Below, piece by piece: positions 22,264 through 34,464 of a stretch of DNA of 64,000 nucleotides. The DNA comes from Hemiscyllium ocellatum (Eukaryota). Below the pieces are notes generated by a model that did not search any database, was not told the DNA's origin, and was given only the letters and a program-made list of their open reading frames with translations. The stretch spans positions 5,039,239 through 5,103,238 of the forward strand of contig NW_026867487.1 in the NCBI RefSeq assembly GCF_020745735.1. Direction: 5' to 3'. Each line of letters begins with the position of its first letter. The first letter of the stretch is position 1. The position numbers were made by a program, and so were the translations under genes.

Positions 22264-22424
22264 GAACAACATGAACTGAGTTCCTTCTCTGACTTCGCCT
22301 ACGGACAAATAAAACTGCCAAATACCAATGTTGGTTCAATTCTTTCTAAAACCCGCTGTCTGGTGAATAAATCCACTGTGTTCCTTTCTCATGCGGCCAC
22401 CTGAAATGAAGTTCAAAGAGCCAG

Positions 22425-22510
22425 TAGCTGATTGGTTGAATCGAACAACAAAGGCGTTTGAAACTCATTGGTTGTCACCCGATGTCTTTGTCAATAATGA
22501 ACCAATGGGA
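22425..22510 (+). promoter_or_regulatory. Clustered CCAAT boxes upstream of the Ve distal leader
   Basis: gattggtt, cattggtt and accaat, conserved at ~30535-30615 and ~50225-50305. Confidence 0.5.
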
Positions 22511-22597
22511 AGATATCCGGAAAGGTTACCGATTCTTGACTAAAGCTATTTTAGCTTCAACCGTTCTGCTGACATTCACTGTGATCTCTCTGCAACA

Positions 22598-23689
22598 ATG
22601 TCACCTGAAGCACTGTGTTTATTCCTCACGACTGCAGCTGTTCTAACGGGTAGGTTGGTAACTTGAGGATCTCTGTATTTCAGATCCGCAGTGGCAATTG
22701 CAGTTGTCCGAGCAGTTCCATCAACACAGAGGCAGCCATACATTCTCTCCAAATGAAAATCATCATGTGGAGACAAAGTTGTCCAACACCAGCACTGTTT
22801 GCGATGAGTTAGCAAAGGACCCCTAATGAAAGACAGTGGAAGAGTTAGTCTGGGAGTTAAGCAGGACTGAGTCCATTCAGATACTTTGATAGAGGTGAGA
22901 TATTTAAACTCACGTACCGTCTGCAGTTTTCCCTTCGGGATCGGAAAAGACATGGAAAATGACCTTATTAGACAGTGTGATCTATTTACTGAAGGAGGTT
23001 TTATTTAATCTGTCAAAGCCCTTTACCAACATATCTGCTGAGTTGCATGAAATTAATTCCTGTTTATCTTCCCTAACGTAGTTCTCAGTTTATTGTTCAA
23101 GGTGACAGGATGACACTGGCACAAGCATACTGAAGTGTTTTCTGTAATTTCCTGGTTCTCCTGGAGTCTATAACTTCAAGTGCTGATCTTGCTAATGTTG
23201 ACCTTTGCGACATACTCTGTATGCCTCCGTCTAAGTTTGTTCTTCTCATCCTATGATCTGTATGTCCTTCTTTACTATGATCTGCCTATACCGCTCGTAA
23301 ACAAAGCTTTTCACTGCCCTGAGGTACGCATGCCAATAAGTCCATCAATTGACCAATCAAATAAATCGATCAATCAATTTTACAGGACTTTGTCGAGGAG
23401 ATTCTGTCTCACAGACAATGGCTTCGATCGTAGTGAATGAGGGAGACAGTGTCTCGATGTTCTGTAATTATACCACAACAAGCAATGCTCCTTACCTTTT
23501 CTGGTATCGTCAACATTCCAGTGGCTCCATGGAGTTTCTGCTACAGAGGAGCAAATTTGGCGTGAACACAGAAAGTTTTGAAGGAGACCGGTTATCCTCA
23601 GAGCTCGAGCATGTCAACCACACCATCTACCTGAAAGTGGTGAAAACAGAACTGTCAGACTCTGCAATGTATTACTGCGCACTGAGCCC
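22598..23689 (+). CDS. TCR alpha/delta-type V segment Ve1 (distal leader 22598-22649; V exon 23386-23689)
   Basis: Leader MSPEALCLFLTTAAVLT(G)|GTAGGT, phase 1. V exon GLCRGDSVSQ..MFCNY..FWYRQ..SAMYYCALS is open. 23-RSS CACGGAG/ACAAAAACT at 23690-23728. The leader assignment is inferred. Confidence 0.8.
22690..22995 (+). pseudogene. Decayed V exon relic inside the Ve intron
   Basis: Unit-2 copy: KCKIIM..PIPALF[G]. Unit-3 copy: YPTPALF-(t)gg-tat. Unit-1 and unit-2 copies end ..LLDS/GV(I/T)..tac-TGA, a DSAxYYC remnant. Confidence 0.5.
23221..23296 (+). pseudogene. Dead proximal leader exon of Ve
   Basis: MP(P/L)S(K/W)FV(L/P)LIL*..LL*SAYTA(G)|GT, phase 1, 89 nt from the V acceptor. Two in-frame TGA in all copies (also 31325-31400 and 51000-51075). 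Confidence 0.7.
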
Positions 23690-24769
23690 CACGGAGACTC
23701 AGAACTGGACTGACCCTGTACAAAAACTGTCAGGGAGTCACTGAACATGACAGTGTGTCAGGCAAACGGTGAGATCAGGAGTGGATCTGAAATTGTACCC
23801 GAATTCGCAGTGATATCTGATAATTTTCATTTGAATACATAATTGCAATAAGCTAAATCTGCCAGTTTCGTGAATGAAAAGTGATTACATGATTTTTTGC
23901 CCTTAAGATGTACCAAAGCATTCCACGTTTACAGCGATGTAGAAAATGCAACAACCAGTTACATCTAACAAAAGTCAAAACATTTGATTGGAGAAACAGT
24001 CGTCGTTCACATGATTCTGTTGGGTCACCTGAATCTCTGGAGCAACTGGAATAGCATCAATCATTTCGTGGGATATTGAGTCCTGCCACTGCAGCTGCAT
24101 GTCAGGATTTTGCAAATAACGAAGGACAGAATCGTTTATCCAGGACTTCGCAGGCTTGCTTTCGGATACCAATCAGAGAGTAGGATGTAACTCCGATCTG
24201 AACAACACTAACCAAACAAACGCACTCAATAGCGGCTGATTGACAAGTCAAGGTCACCGGTGAAAGTCTCAGTCTGGTGTGGTTTCTATTTCTTTGGCTG
24301 CCTAGAAATCAACATTTCTCACACAGCACCTAAATTCATTGATTGTTTCCCAATCGTTCACATCTGATTATGTCAATTGTATAAGGACTAGAGGTGCCCT
24401 CCCCTCCCTCTGGCGACATTTAAGAGAATCCGAATACTATTGTGACCACAAGTTGCATTGGAGATGGTGAAGGTGATCTGCCTCTTGGCAGATGGAAGGA
24501 CACTCACAGTGCGATTAGCAAGGGAGTTCCACAATTTTGATTCAGCTACAGTGAAAGAGGATATTCAAGGTGAGCTGGTGATTTATTTTCAGAGAAAGTC
24601 ACAGGTGGTATTGTAATCCCAACGTTTGGAAATTTCAAATTGACTTAGTTTCTTCGTGAATATACAACTCTTCTAGGATTCTGTTCATCTAACGGCATGG
24701 ACACTTAACAGCGACTGCAGTGAGGTTTCCTTTGTGAGTCAGTAAACAAATGGACTGACACTGATTCAA

Positions 24770-24865
24770 AAGATGGGGGTTGCTGGAAAAGCTTGGCAGG
24801 TCTGGTGGCATTGTGAAGAGAAATTAAAGTTTACATTTTGGGTCCCGTAACCCTTCCTCAGAAAT
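24770..24865 (-). mobile_element. Decayed PLE pLTR of a second family (CTGAGGA hammerhead variant)
   Basis: Reverse complement CTGAGGAagggttacgggaccc-aaaatgta. Copies at ~32915-33005 and ~52590-52675. Confidence 0.5.
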
Positions 24866-24919
24866 GAAACAACATTTTCAATGCAACCCCTGGTTGAAGA
24901 CGTCTCTTGACACGGTCCA

Positions 24920-25335
24920 CCTGCGTCACCACACACTGCCTTTAAACCAGCTGCTGATGAGTTGAGACTGTCCCAAACCTCCTGCTGAAATGTGCCTCTG
25001 CCACGTAAGTTTGGAGAAAAATGCAATGCTTTTGTTGAGGTTCGTCCTGAGCAGCTCCATATACTCTGCAGTCCGTTCCCTGGATACACATTTTTAGAGA
25101 CATCAACTGCATCTTGAGAACTATCAAAATATTGAAAGGCACTCTTTGATCTGCCCGAGCCTTGATCGTCTACCAGAACAAGGAGTTCACCCCGATTGAG
25201 TGTTGCAGGTTGACATATTCCAATGACCAGGACTGCATGCTGTGGTCTGCATTAAAGCTTGGGTCAGCCACTGCCAAGACACAGTGGGGAAAGACCACCG
25301 TCTGAGGTCTTCCTGCTCAAGATAAATGGCGGTCC
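24920..25335 (+). mobile_element. Tx1/L1-clade LINE 3' relic
   Basis: ETVPNLLLKC..VWRKMQC..LKLGSATAKTQWGKTTV-like remnants. Copies at ~33090-33500 and ~52760-52945 (internally deleted). Confidence 0.55.
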
Positions 25336-25594
25336 ATTCAATTATTGGACTGTCCTCGTGTGCCCAGTATATGGAAACAGAAGTATTGTATGTGCAAGAG
25401 AGGTGTTTGGTTTTCGAACGTTCTGTGTGTTTACTTGATATGCAACTGTGCAGAAATGAACAGTTTCTGGTTCAATGTATATGCACAAAGAGATCTGTTT
25501 TAAGAATAAACTATGTTTTTGAAATCAAAATAAGTTTACTGAGGTGCAATTATTGCTTGTTGAAAAGTTCACTCAATACCCTGAACTGGCGATG

Positions 25595-25690
25595 ACAAAT
25601 AAAGTCAAAAGTGTGGCACTGGAAAAGCACAGCAGGTCAGGCAGATCAGGAGAGTCGACGTTTCGAGCTTAAGCTCTTCATCAGGAGTGA
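25595..25690 (-). mobile_element. PLE pLTR remnant with a near-intact hammerhead core, shared by units 1-3
   Basis: Reverse complement CTGATGA-a-gagc-ttaa-gctc-GAAACGTC at 25654-25687. Degenerate copies at ~33800-33885 and ~53245-53335. Confidence 0.65.
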
Positions 25691-28600
25691 TGCAATTACT
25701 CACTTTCTCCCCAGCTTGATGTAAAGTCAATCATAGCAAGTTTCGAAGGTGTCTGCGAAGACTGTTTTGCTTTCACCAGACAAAGATGAAATTTAATCAC
25801 AAAGTGCGTCGGAATGACATGATGATATAATAGATGAGGAACATGCAAGAAAATCAGAAACAGCTACAGAGCTTCAAAAGATATGGCCATATCTGTCAAA
25901 AGAGAAATAGTGTTACCTTTTCGAATCTGATATGACCCCACTTTAGAACGTTCCGTTCGAGTGATGTGTTCACAGCTACTGTGATCATGGTTGAGAGAAG
26001 GCACTGTTAACCACAATATTCTCCATGCGACTGAGGTGCATTGGTGAAAATAGATTCTGTATAATCTGATCTCCCAACATTCACTATGTCGGTTCAAACT
26101 GAAAGCCAACTGCGTTACCGTGACAATCCCAATTTTATTGTTTCTTTCTCCATTCTAATTTGCCCGCTTCTGCAATGGGTGCATTTTGCTCTTCCAGATC
26201 TAACCCGAACTTCGAATGAAATATATCCCAGTCCAACTGTTCTAGAAATATTTAATTCAAAAGATCACATAGTTGTGATATGAAATATCAATTTAGAGTG
26301 GGATCTGAAGCTTGCCCAGTGAAAGTCCAAACAATTGCACTAACCTCACTACAGAGCTCTCAATGTTAAAGACATTTACATGCAATAGGATCATATATCC
26401 ACAATATTAGCTGGTGCCATGACATTGATATCAAGAAAAGGAGCTTACGAACAAGCATTAGTACAACAATAATCTATGGCACAGGAATAGTGATCTGCAC
26501 GTTCCTGGAATAACTAATGGATGATCAAAAAACAGACCGAGGACAAAAATCACATTGAAGTATATCAGGAAGAATGACGGAATTTCTTTTAGATACTAGA
26601 TGAATCACGTAGCATTGATCTAAGTCAAGATTCAAATGTATTCAGCATAAATTGAAGACGTAGGTTTTTCTCGGATGCGGCAGTATTGTCCTGTGTCTGT
26701 TAATGATTCTGTTTTATTTGAACTTGGCTCATTATGATATAAAGACCTGTCTGTTGCACTACACTCCTTATGTCCCTACCATCCATCATGAAACTCTTGC
26801 TTTGAAATGACTTTCCAAAATGCAAGACGTCACACTTAACTATATCAGGTTCCATTTGCTATTTCTGGCCCAGTTCCCCAGCTGATCAAGTTCCTGCTGC
26901 AATTTCTGATAACCTCCTTCACTGTGCATGATACCTCCGATTTTAGTGTCATCTTCAAACTTCGTGCTCATGCCTTGTACAATCTCATTCAAACCACTGA
27001 TATGAGAACATTGGGTAGCTGTTTTAAAATGGATGCATTTAAAACTTTAATGCCTCATTCTATTACGTCATGAGTATTCGAAAAATTCCCAATCTGAGGC
27101 CTTTCAAAAGAATCTGATACTTTTTGAAACATCTACCACTTCAATTCGACAGTGGGTGGTGGAATGATATGATCTTATTCAGAACACAGCAACAAGCAGT
27201 GAACTTTGACACCGTATTTCTTTCAACATCAAGCCAGAAGCAACTTCCATTGCACGCGTGAATGGACATATACATCCACATGCACGCGGGTACACACACA
27301 CACACACACATACACACACACACATACATACACACGCGTGCACACCAACAGACAAAGATAAACACAGGCACACACACAAAGACATGCACATGAACACACA
27401 GAAATGCACATTTGTAGTCACATAAAATTACACATATACACACACAGCAACAAACATAAAGAGAACTGCACACAGAAATATACATAGAAAGATACACACC
27501 AACTCCCAGAGGCACCACGCACACATAAAAGCACGAACCTTATGTTCAGCACGTCCCCTGCTCGCTTTCATTTTTCCCGCCATCTGTTTCTCCACTTCTG
27601 TCAGCATTTAGAACAGAGAACACAGAACATTGCAACGCAGTCCAAGCCCTTCAGCCCTCGATGTTGCATTGACCTGTGAAACCAATCTGAACCTCATCCA
27701 ACATACGGTACTCCGTTCTCATCCATATGTCTAACCAGTGACCATTTATATGGCCTTAAGGTTGGCGAGTCTACTAAAGTTGCAGGAAGCGCGTTCCACG
27801 CACCTTTTACTCTCTTAGTGAAGAAACTACCACTTGTGTCTGTCCTTTATCTGTCATTCCTCAGTTTAAAGCCATGTCCCGTCATTCTCGCCATTGCAAT
27901 CTGAAGAACAAGCTCCCACTGTCCATCAAATCTAACCATCTGTTTAACTTCTATGCCCCAATTAAGTATCTCTCACCCTTCTTATTTTTAACGAAAACAT
28001 CCTCGAGTCTCTCAGCCTTTCCTCGTAAGACCTCGCCTCCATAACAGGCAACATCCAAATAAATCTCGCCTGAACTCTTTCCAAAGCTTCCACATCCTTC
28101 CTGTAATACAGTGACCAGAACAGTATGCAATGCTCCAAGTGTAGCCGTACCGTTCAGGTTCAATTTCTGAAGCACCAGCATAATAAATGCACAGCATCTT
28201 CCAATAGAAGGCGATTTCAGAAATGCTTGCGTGGTTTTGGGCAGACCCCTTCAGAGACAGGTGGGTGAAGGTGTGCGTTTGTGAATGTGTGTGTGTGTGT
28301 GTGTGTGCGAACATGTATGTGTATGCATGTGAGAGAGGGGTTGATATCAGAAAGATCACCCTTGAGGGCCATAATACAATGAGTTACTAATGTTGTTCTT
28401 CCAGTTAGTACAGTGCACGAAATGGAAACACATGTTCAAATCGCATCACGCTGAAGTGACACGCCGCTTCAAATCACAGGCCAAGATTTTAGGATTAATA
28501 TTGAGATCTTTTGCTTGTTTCAATAAGGCTGATCAAAGTTTGGAAGTCAGTTTCAGTTGCAATGCGTGAAGAAAATACCCTGAAATCGTTGGGTGCTGCA

Positions 28601-28973
28601 TTGAAATAAAAACGTGCAGGGTATCACAGGCAACCTTTTTTTTGGGTGGTGGTGGGGGGTTTATTTTTGTTTTCATTCGGCTGAAGTCAATTCTGGTGAG
28701 AAAATTGCCGTCACAATTTCCGGACATTACCACTAGAGGGCAGGGTGATTCTATGACATATATTGAATGTCAGGGCGGAGTGACATTACACACAATGTGA
28801 GCAGCTGTTCGCGTCAAAGGCTTGGAGCAGAAAATAAGCTTCAAGACACAACTTATTCTGCAACTTCGAAAGAAGGCAGCACTGTGGCTGAGCCGAAAAC
28901 AGCGTTTTTCGAGTCATTAACCCCTTTTTTATTCAACAAACTGTATGGACTTCATGTTTCATGTAAAGTGATT

Positions 28974-29308
28974 ATGGCTCAAACTTTCCGAATTCTTTTC
29001 ATGCTTTCCTCTCTGATCCACATAGTAGAAACTGGAGAAGATGAAGTAGTGCAACTTGCTCGGTGGATAGTTGTCAAGGAGGCAGAAAACGTTTCCATGG
29101 AGTGCTCCATAGCAACGGCATCTGGCATAGTGCATTGGTACAGACAGTTCCCGAACCAGCCAGCCCAGCATCTGGTGATGGCCAAAACAGAAGCTGATCA
29201 ACATGAGAGGATCTCTGCTTTAGTCAGTACAAACTACAAAAGCAGTGTCCTAAGCGTGAGAGACGCCAGACTTGATGACGCCGCCATCTATCTCTGTGCC
29301 AGTGGGAG
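28974..29308 (+). CDS. TCR V segment Vd2, single-exon leader+V, apparently functional
   Basis: MAQTFRILFMLSSLIHIVETG-EDEV..MEC..VHWYRQ..DAAIYLCASG. Consensus 23-RSS at 29309-29347. Confidence 0.88.
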
Positions 29309-30700
29309 CACAGTGTTACAAACAGAGGAAGAGTCTGAACAAAAACCTACACCGCGTGTGAAGACCGCAGTGCTGTGTATTCATGTTATTATGTCAAGGC
29401 TCTCTAATTCAATGTTAAGGGGAATGTGGTAACAAACAAATTGCAGCCGAGCAAGATGTAAAGAGTGCAAGAGGTGCAGAGAATTGGAAATCTGGGCGGC
29501 GACAAAACATACATATATACGTATGCATACATGAGTGAAAGATGGGAGAAAGTGCAGAAATAAAGGAATAATACATGTCGAAGAAAGAATGGTGATAATC
29601 CATTGAAAGATAGAAGGATAAAATAACAAGTATCATGCATACATGTTAAAACTTAGATCATTTTAAGTCGTAAATCAACCGTGAAGTAAAGAGGCCTTTC
29701 TTTAAACATCATTCACATTTCAATAACAGTTACATAATTCAGTCGTCTAAACTCCAATCTTACGATATTATCCCATCAAAGCAATTGTTCATTTCCGTGT
29801 GGTGCAACGTTCTTTGATACCCCCACCAGTGAAAACTGTAGTCGAACTCACTTAACCTCTTTATGTCCTTTTCGCAACATCCTCATCACTTGCCTTGCTA
29901 TTTAGTTTTGTGTCTTTGGCAAAATGCATTCTGTTCTGTCAGGATTTGTATTAATATGTACCTCTGCTCTCTCACCATTCCCATTCAGACTTTCAGAGAA
30001 ACTGTGTGATCATGTCTTCCTTCAAAAATATTATAGTATTCGGGTGCTACAGGCCACTCTGGCATGTATCATTATTGTAACTTGAGAATATGGCAGTGAA
30101 ACATTTTGTCCAGGTGCTGCAATGTGTTCGGTGTAGATACCGTGGATTCATTTACGATGGCACAATGTAAAATTAAAAATCAGAAAATGCAACAAAATCG
30201 CAATTCCACTCAACTGCTTTAGTAATTGAAAGTGCACTTTTTTTTTAATGGACATCATCACTGTGTTCAAAACACTCAAACACACTGACCCTCAGCCTGG
30301 GCGAAAGGAAGTTCTCAGAACGCCAGAGAGCAGTTCCCATAACTGCAGAACTCTATTTTCTGGCACTCGAACAACGTGGACTGTGTTCCTTCTCTGACTT
30401 CGCCGACATAGAACTAAAACTGCCAAATGTCATTATTGGTTCAAAATCTATGTAAAACCCCATTGTCTGGCTAATAAATACACGGTGTTCCTTTCACTTG
30501 TGGCCATCTAAAAGGAAGTTCAAGGAGCTTAAAGTTGATTGTTTGAATTGATGAACAAAGGCGTTTGACACTGATTGGTTGTCACCTCATTCCTCTGTCA
30601 ACAATGAACCAATGGGCAGAGATCCGGAAATGTTAGCAATTCTTGACGAAAATTATTTTAACTTCGATCTGCTCACATTCACTGTGATCTCTTGCCAACA

Positions 30701-31792
30701 ATGACACCTGGAGCATTGAGTTTATTCCTCACAGCTGCAGCTGTTCTAACCGGTAGGTTGATAAATTGAGGATTATTTTGTTTCAGATCCCCAGCTTCAA
30801 TTACATTTAACTCAGCAGTTCCATCAACGTAGAGGCAGCGATACGTTCTCTCCAAATGTAAAATAATCATGTGGGGCCAAACGTTTCCAATACCAGCACT
30901 ATTTGGGATGTGTTAGCAAACGACCCAAATTGACAGACAGTGGGAGAGTTAGGCTGGGAATTAAGAAGGACGGGGTCCGCCCAGATACTTTGACAGAGGC
31001 GGGAGCTAAAAACTCATCCACCGTCTGCAGTTTTCCCTTCAGGATCAGGAATGAAATGGAACATGACCTTGTTAGACGGTGTGACCTGTATACTGAAGGA
31101 GGTTTTATTTAATCTCGCAAAGACCTTTACTAATACAGCTGCCGAGTTGCGTGAAATTAATTTCCGTTTATCTTTCTTAACTTATTTCGCAGGTTATTGT
31201 TCAAGGTGACAGGATGACTGTGGCATAAGAATAATGAAGTGTTTTCTGTAATTTCTGGATTCTCCTGGAGTCTCTAACTTCAAGTGCTGATCTTGCTAAT
31301 GCTGACCTTTACGACATAGCCTGTATGCCTTTGTCTTGGTTTGTTCTTCTCATTCTATGATCTGTATACACTTCTTTACTATGATCGGCCTATACCGCTG
31401 GTGAAGAAAGCTTTTCAGTGCACTGAGGTACACGTAACACATAGTTCATCAATTAACCAATCAAGTAAATCGATCAATCAATTTTGCAGGTCTTTGTCGA
31501 GGAGATTCTGTCTCACAGACACCGGCTTCAATCACAGTGATTGAGGGGGACAATGTCCAGTTGTTCTGTAATTATACCACAACAAGCAGTACTCCTTACC
31601 TGTTCTGGTACCTACAACATTCCAATGGTTCCATGGAGTTTCTGCTACGGAGAAGCAAATTTGAAGCGAACGCCGAAAGGTTTCAAGGGGACCGGTTTTC
31701 CTCAAAGCTCGATCATGTGAACAGCACCATCAACCTGAAAGTGGTGAAAACAGACTGGCAGACTCTGCAATGTATTACTGCGCACTGAGCCC
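30701..31792 (+). pseudogene. V segment Ve2, frameshifted
   Basis: Leader 30701-30752 and V exon from 31490. One G is missing at 31754/31755 (acagactgg versus acagagctgg in Ve3), upstream of DSAMYYC. RSS at 31793-31831 is intact. Confidence 0.88.
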
Positions 31793-34464
31793 CACGGAGA
31801 CTCAGAACTGGGCCGACCCTGTACAAAAACTGTTAGGGAGTCACTGAACATGACAGTGTGTCAGGCAAGCGGTGAGATCAGGAGTGGATCTGAAATTGTA
31901 CCCGAATTCGCGGAAAATCTGATACTTTTTCACTTGAATACATGACTTTATTCGTTATAAATATGTTATTGAGATAAACTAAAGCAGTCAGTTTCGTGAA
32001 TGAAAAGTGAATGCATGATTTCATGCCTTTTGAAATGTCCGAAAACGTTCCACAATGAGCGACGTAGAAAATGCAGCATCGAGTGACATCCAACAAAATC
32101 CAAAGCATCTGGTTAGTGAAACAATGATCGGTCACGTGATTCTGATCGGCCACGTGCATCGCTGGAGCAACCTGAATAACATCAAACATTTTGTGCTGTA
32201 TTGAGGTCCTGCCTCTGCAGCTGCATGTTAACCGTTTCAAAATAGAGAGAGACAGATTCGTAGGCCCAGGATAATGCAGGCTTGCTTTCAAATACCAACA
32301 GCAAGTGGGATGTAACTCCGATCTGAACAACACTAACCAAACAACACACTGAATAACGGCTAATTAATGAGGCAAAGTGACCAGCGGAAGTCTTATTCGC
32401 ATGTGGTTTCTGCTTGCTGGGCTGTCTGGAAATGAACATTCTTCACCAAACACCTAAATTTGTTGATTGTTCCCAATCGTTCACATCTGATAACGTCAAT
32501 TTTATAAGGACGAGAGGATCCTGTCCTCCCTCTGGTGACATTTAAGAGAAACCAAATACTAGTATGACCACAAATTGCATTGTAGAAGGTGAAGGGGATC
32601 TGCCTCTTGGACTGCTGAACTCCTTGAGATGGAAGGAAACTCACAGTGCTGTTAGCAAGGGAGTTCAAGAATTTTTGACTCAGCAACTGTGAAAGAATAT
32701 ATACTGTTCTAGGTAAGATGGTGACTTACTTTGAGAGAAAGTTACTGACGGTATTATAAGCCAAACGGTAGGAATTTTCGAATCGATTTAGTTTATTCTT
32801 GGACGTATGCCTCCTCCAGGATTCTGTTCATCTCACAGTCTGGACACTTATCAGTGACTGCAGGGGGTTTCTCTTGGGGTCATTAAACTGACGGACTGAT
32901 GCTGATACAAAAACGGGGGTTGCTGGAAAAGCTCAGCAGGTCTGGTGGCATCTGTGAAGAGAAATTAAAATTTACATTTTGTGTCCTGTGCCCCATCCTC
33001 AGAATTGAGACAACATTTTCAATACAACCCCTATTTGAAGACATCGCTTGGCTGGTGGTGGGAAGGGCACGACCGTGCATGCATGGTCCGCCTCTGTCAC
33101 CACACACTGCCGTCGAACTGGCTGCCGAGAGTTTGGAACTGGCATACATCTCCTGCTGCAATGTACCTTTGCTAAGTAAGTGTGGAGGAAAATGCAATAG
33201 TATTGTTGAGATTCGTCCTGAGCAGCTCCATGTAACTGACGGTCTGTTCCCTCGGACACAAACCTTTACATCAACTGTATCTTGAGGACCATCAAAACAT
33301 TGAAAGACACTCTTTGGTCTGCCTGAGACTTGTTCGTCGTCCAGAAGAAGGAATTGACTCAGATAGAGTGTTACGGATTAAGATATTCCAATGACCAGGA
33401 GTACATGCTGAGGCTCGCATTAAAGATTGGGGCAACTACTGCCAAAACACAGTGGGGAAAAGACCACAGTCTGAGGTCATCCTGCTGAAGGTAAATGAGC
33501 GTCAATTCAGTTATTGGACTCTCCTAGTGTGGCAACTATATATAGATTGTACTGCTGCATGTGCAAGAGAGGTCTTTGGCTTTGTATATAATCAAACTCG
33601 AACGTTCTGTGTACTTACTTGATATGCAACTGTGCAGAACAGAACGTTTTTTGGTTCAATTTATATGCACAAAGAGTTTTGACTCAGAATATACTTTATG
33701 AATAAAATATATTTTCGAAATTAAAGCAAGTGTAATCGAGGCGTGATTAATCCTTATTGAAAACTTCACCCAATACACTGATGTGGCGACATGAACCAAA
33801 GTCAAAAGTGTGGCACTGGAAAAGCACAGCAGATCAGGCAGATCAGGAGAGTCAACGTTCCAAGCTTAAGTTCTTCAGGAATGATGCACTCGTCACTTTC
33901 TCCCCCGACTTGAAGTAAAGTCAGTCATAGCAATGTTCGAAGGTCTCTGCAAAGACTGCTTTATATTCACACAAAAAAAACCAAGTGGATTTAGATCATA
34001 AAATGCTACCATGCGTAGGAATGGTAAGATGATGTAATCGTTGAGAAATGTGAAGTACAATCAGAAACTATAGAAGCTACAGAGCTTCAGCAAATCTTGC
34101 AGTATCTGTCAAAAGAAAGTAGTGTTAACCTTTTGAGTCTGATATGACTCCTCTTCAAAACGTTTCCTTCGAGTGGTGTTTTCTCAGCTTTTGCGACAAT
34201 GGTTGAGAGAACACATCATTAACACCAATGTTCTCCATGCTACTGAGGTGCATTGGTGAAAATTAATTTCGTATAATCTGATCTCCCAATCTTCACTATG
34301 TAGGTGCAAACTGAAAGCCAGAGGCGTGACATTGACAATCTCAATGTTATTGTTCCTCTCATCATTCTAAACTGTCCGCTTCTGAATTGGCTGTATTTTG
34401 CCCTTTGAGGTCTATCCCCAACTTCGAACGGAATCTATCCCATGCCAACTGTTGCAGAAATATT

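Larger units (their letters stand above)
8960..26215. repeat. Segmental tandem duplication unit 1 (Vb-, Vc-, Vd+, Ve+)
   Basis: Marker gaaatatatcccagtcc recurs at ~8968, ~26218, ~34430 and ~53860. Genes and old repeats are colinear between units. Confidence 0.85.
26216..34425. repeat. Duplication unit 2, lacking Vb, Vc and the central block
   Basis: Junction at ~26745 joins the homolog of ~9647 to the homolog of ~18305. Confidence 0.8.

Noticed and set aside
22577-22655. CACTGTG followed by a short exon ending in a GT donor, read as a J segment (NAR-TCR-like V-D-J-V cassette)
   Set aside because: No FGxG in the donor-compatible frame, no nonamer at 12 or 23 bp, the heptamer is not conserved in unit 3, and the peptide matches the Vb leader (FLTTAxxLTG).
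27141-27524. Cys/Val-rich ORFs (also 46836-47215, 13104, 47838)
   Set aside because: Translations of (CA)n/(TG)n low-complexity DNA.
28767-28973. N-terminal extension of the 221-aa ORF around Vd2, and read-through beyond the RSSs of all V genes
   Set aside because: Not open in the other copies; the ORF caller runs through promoter and RSS sequence.
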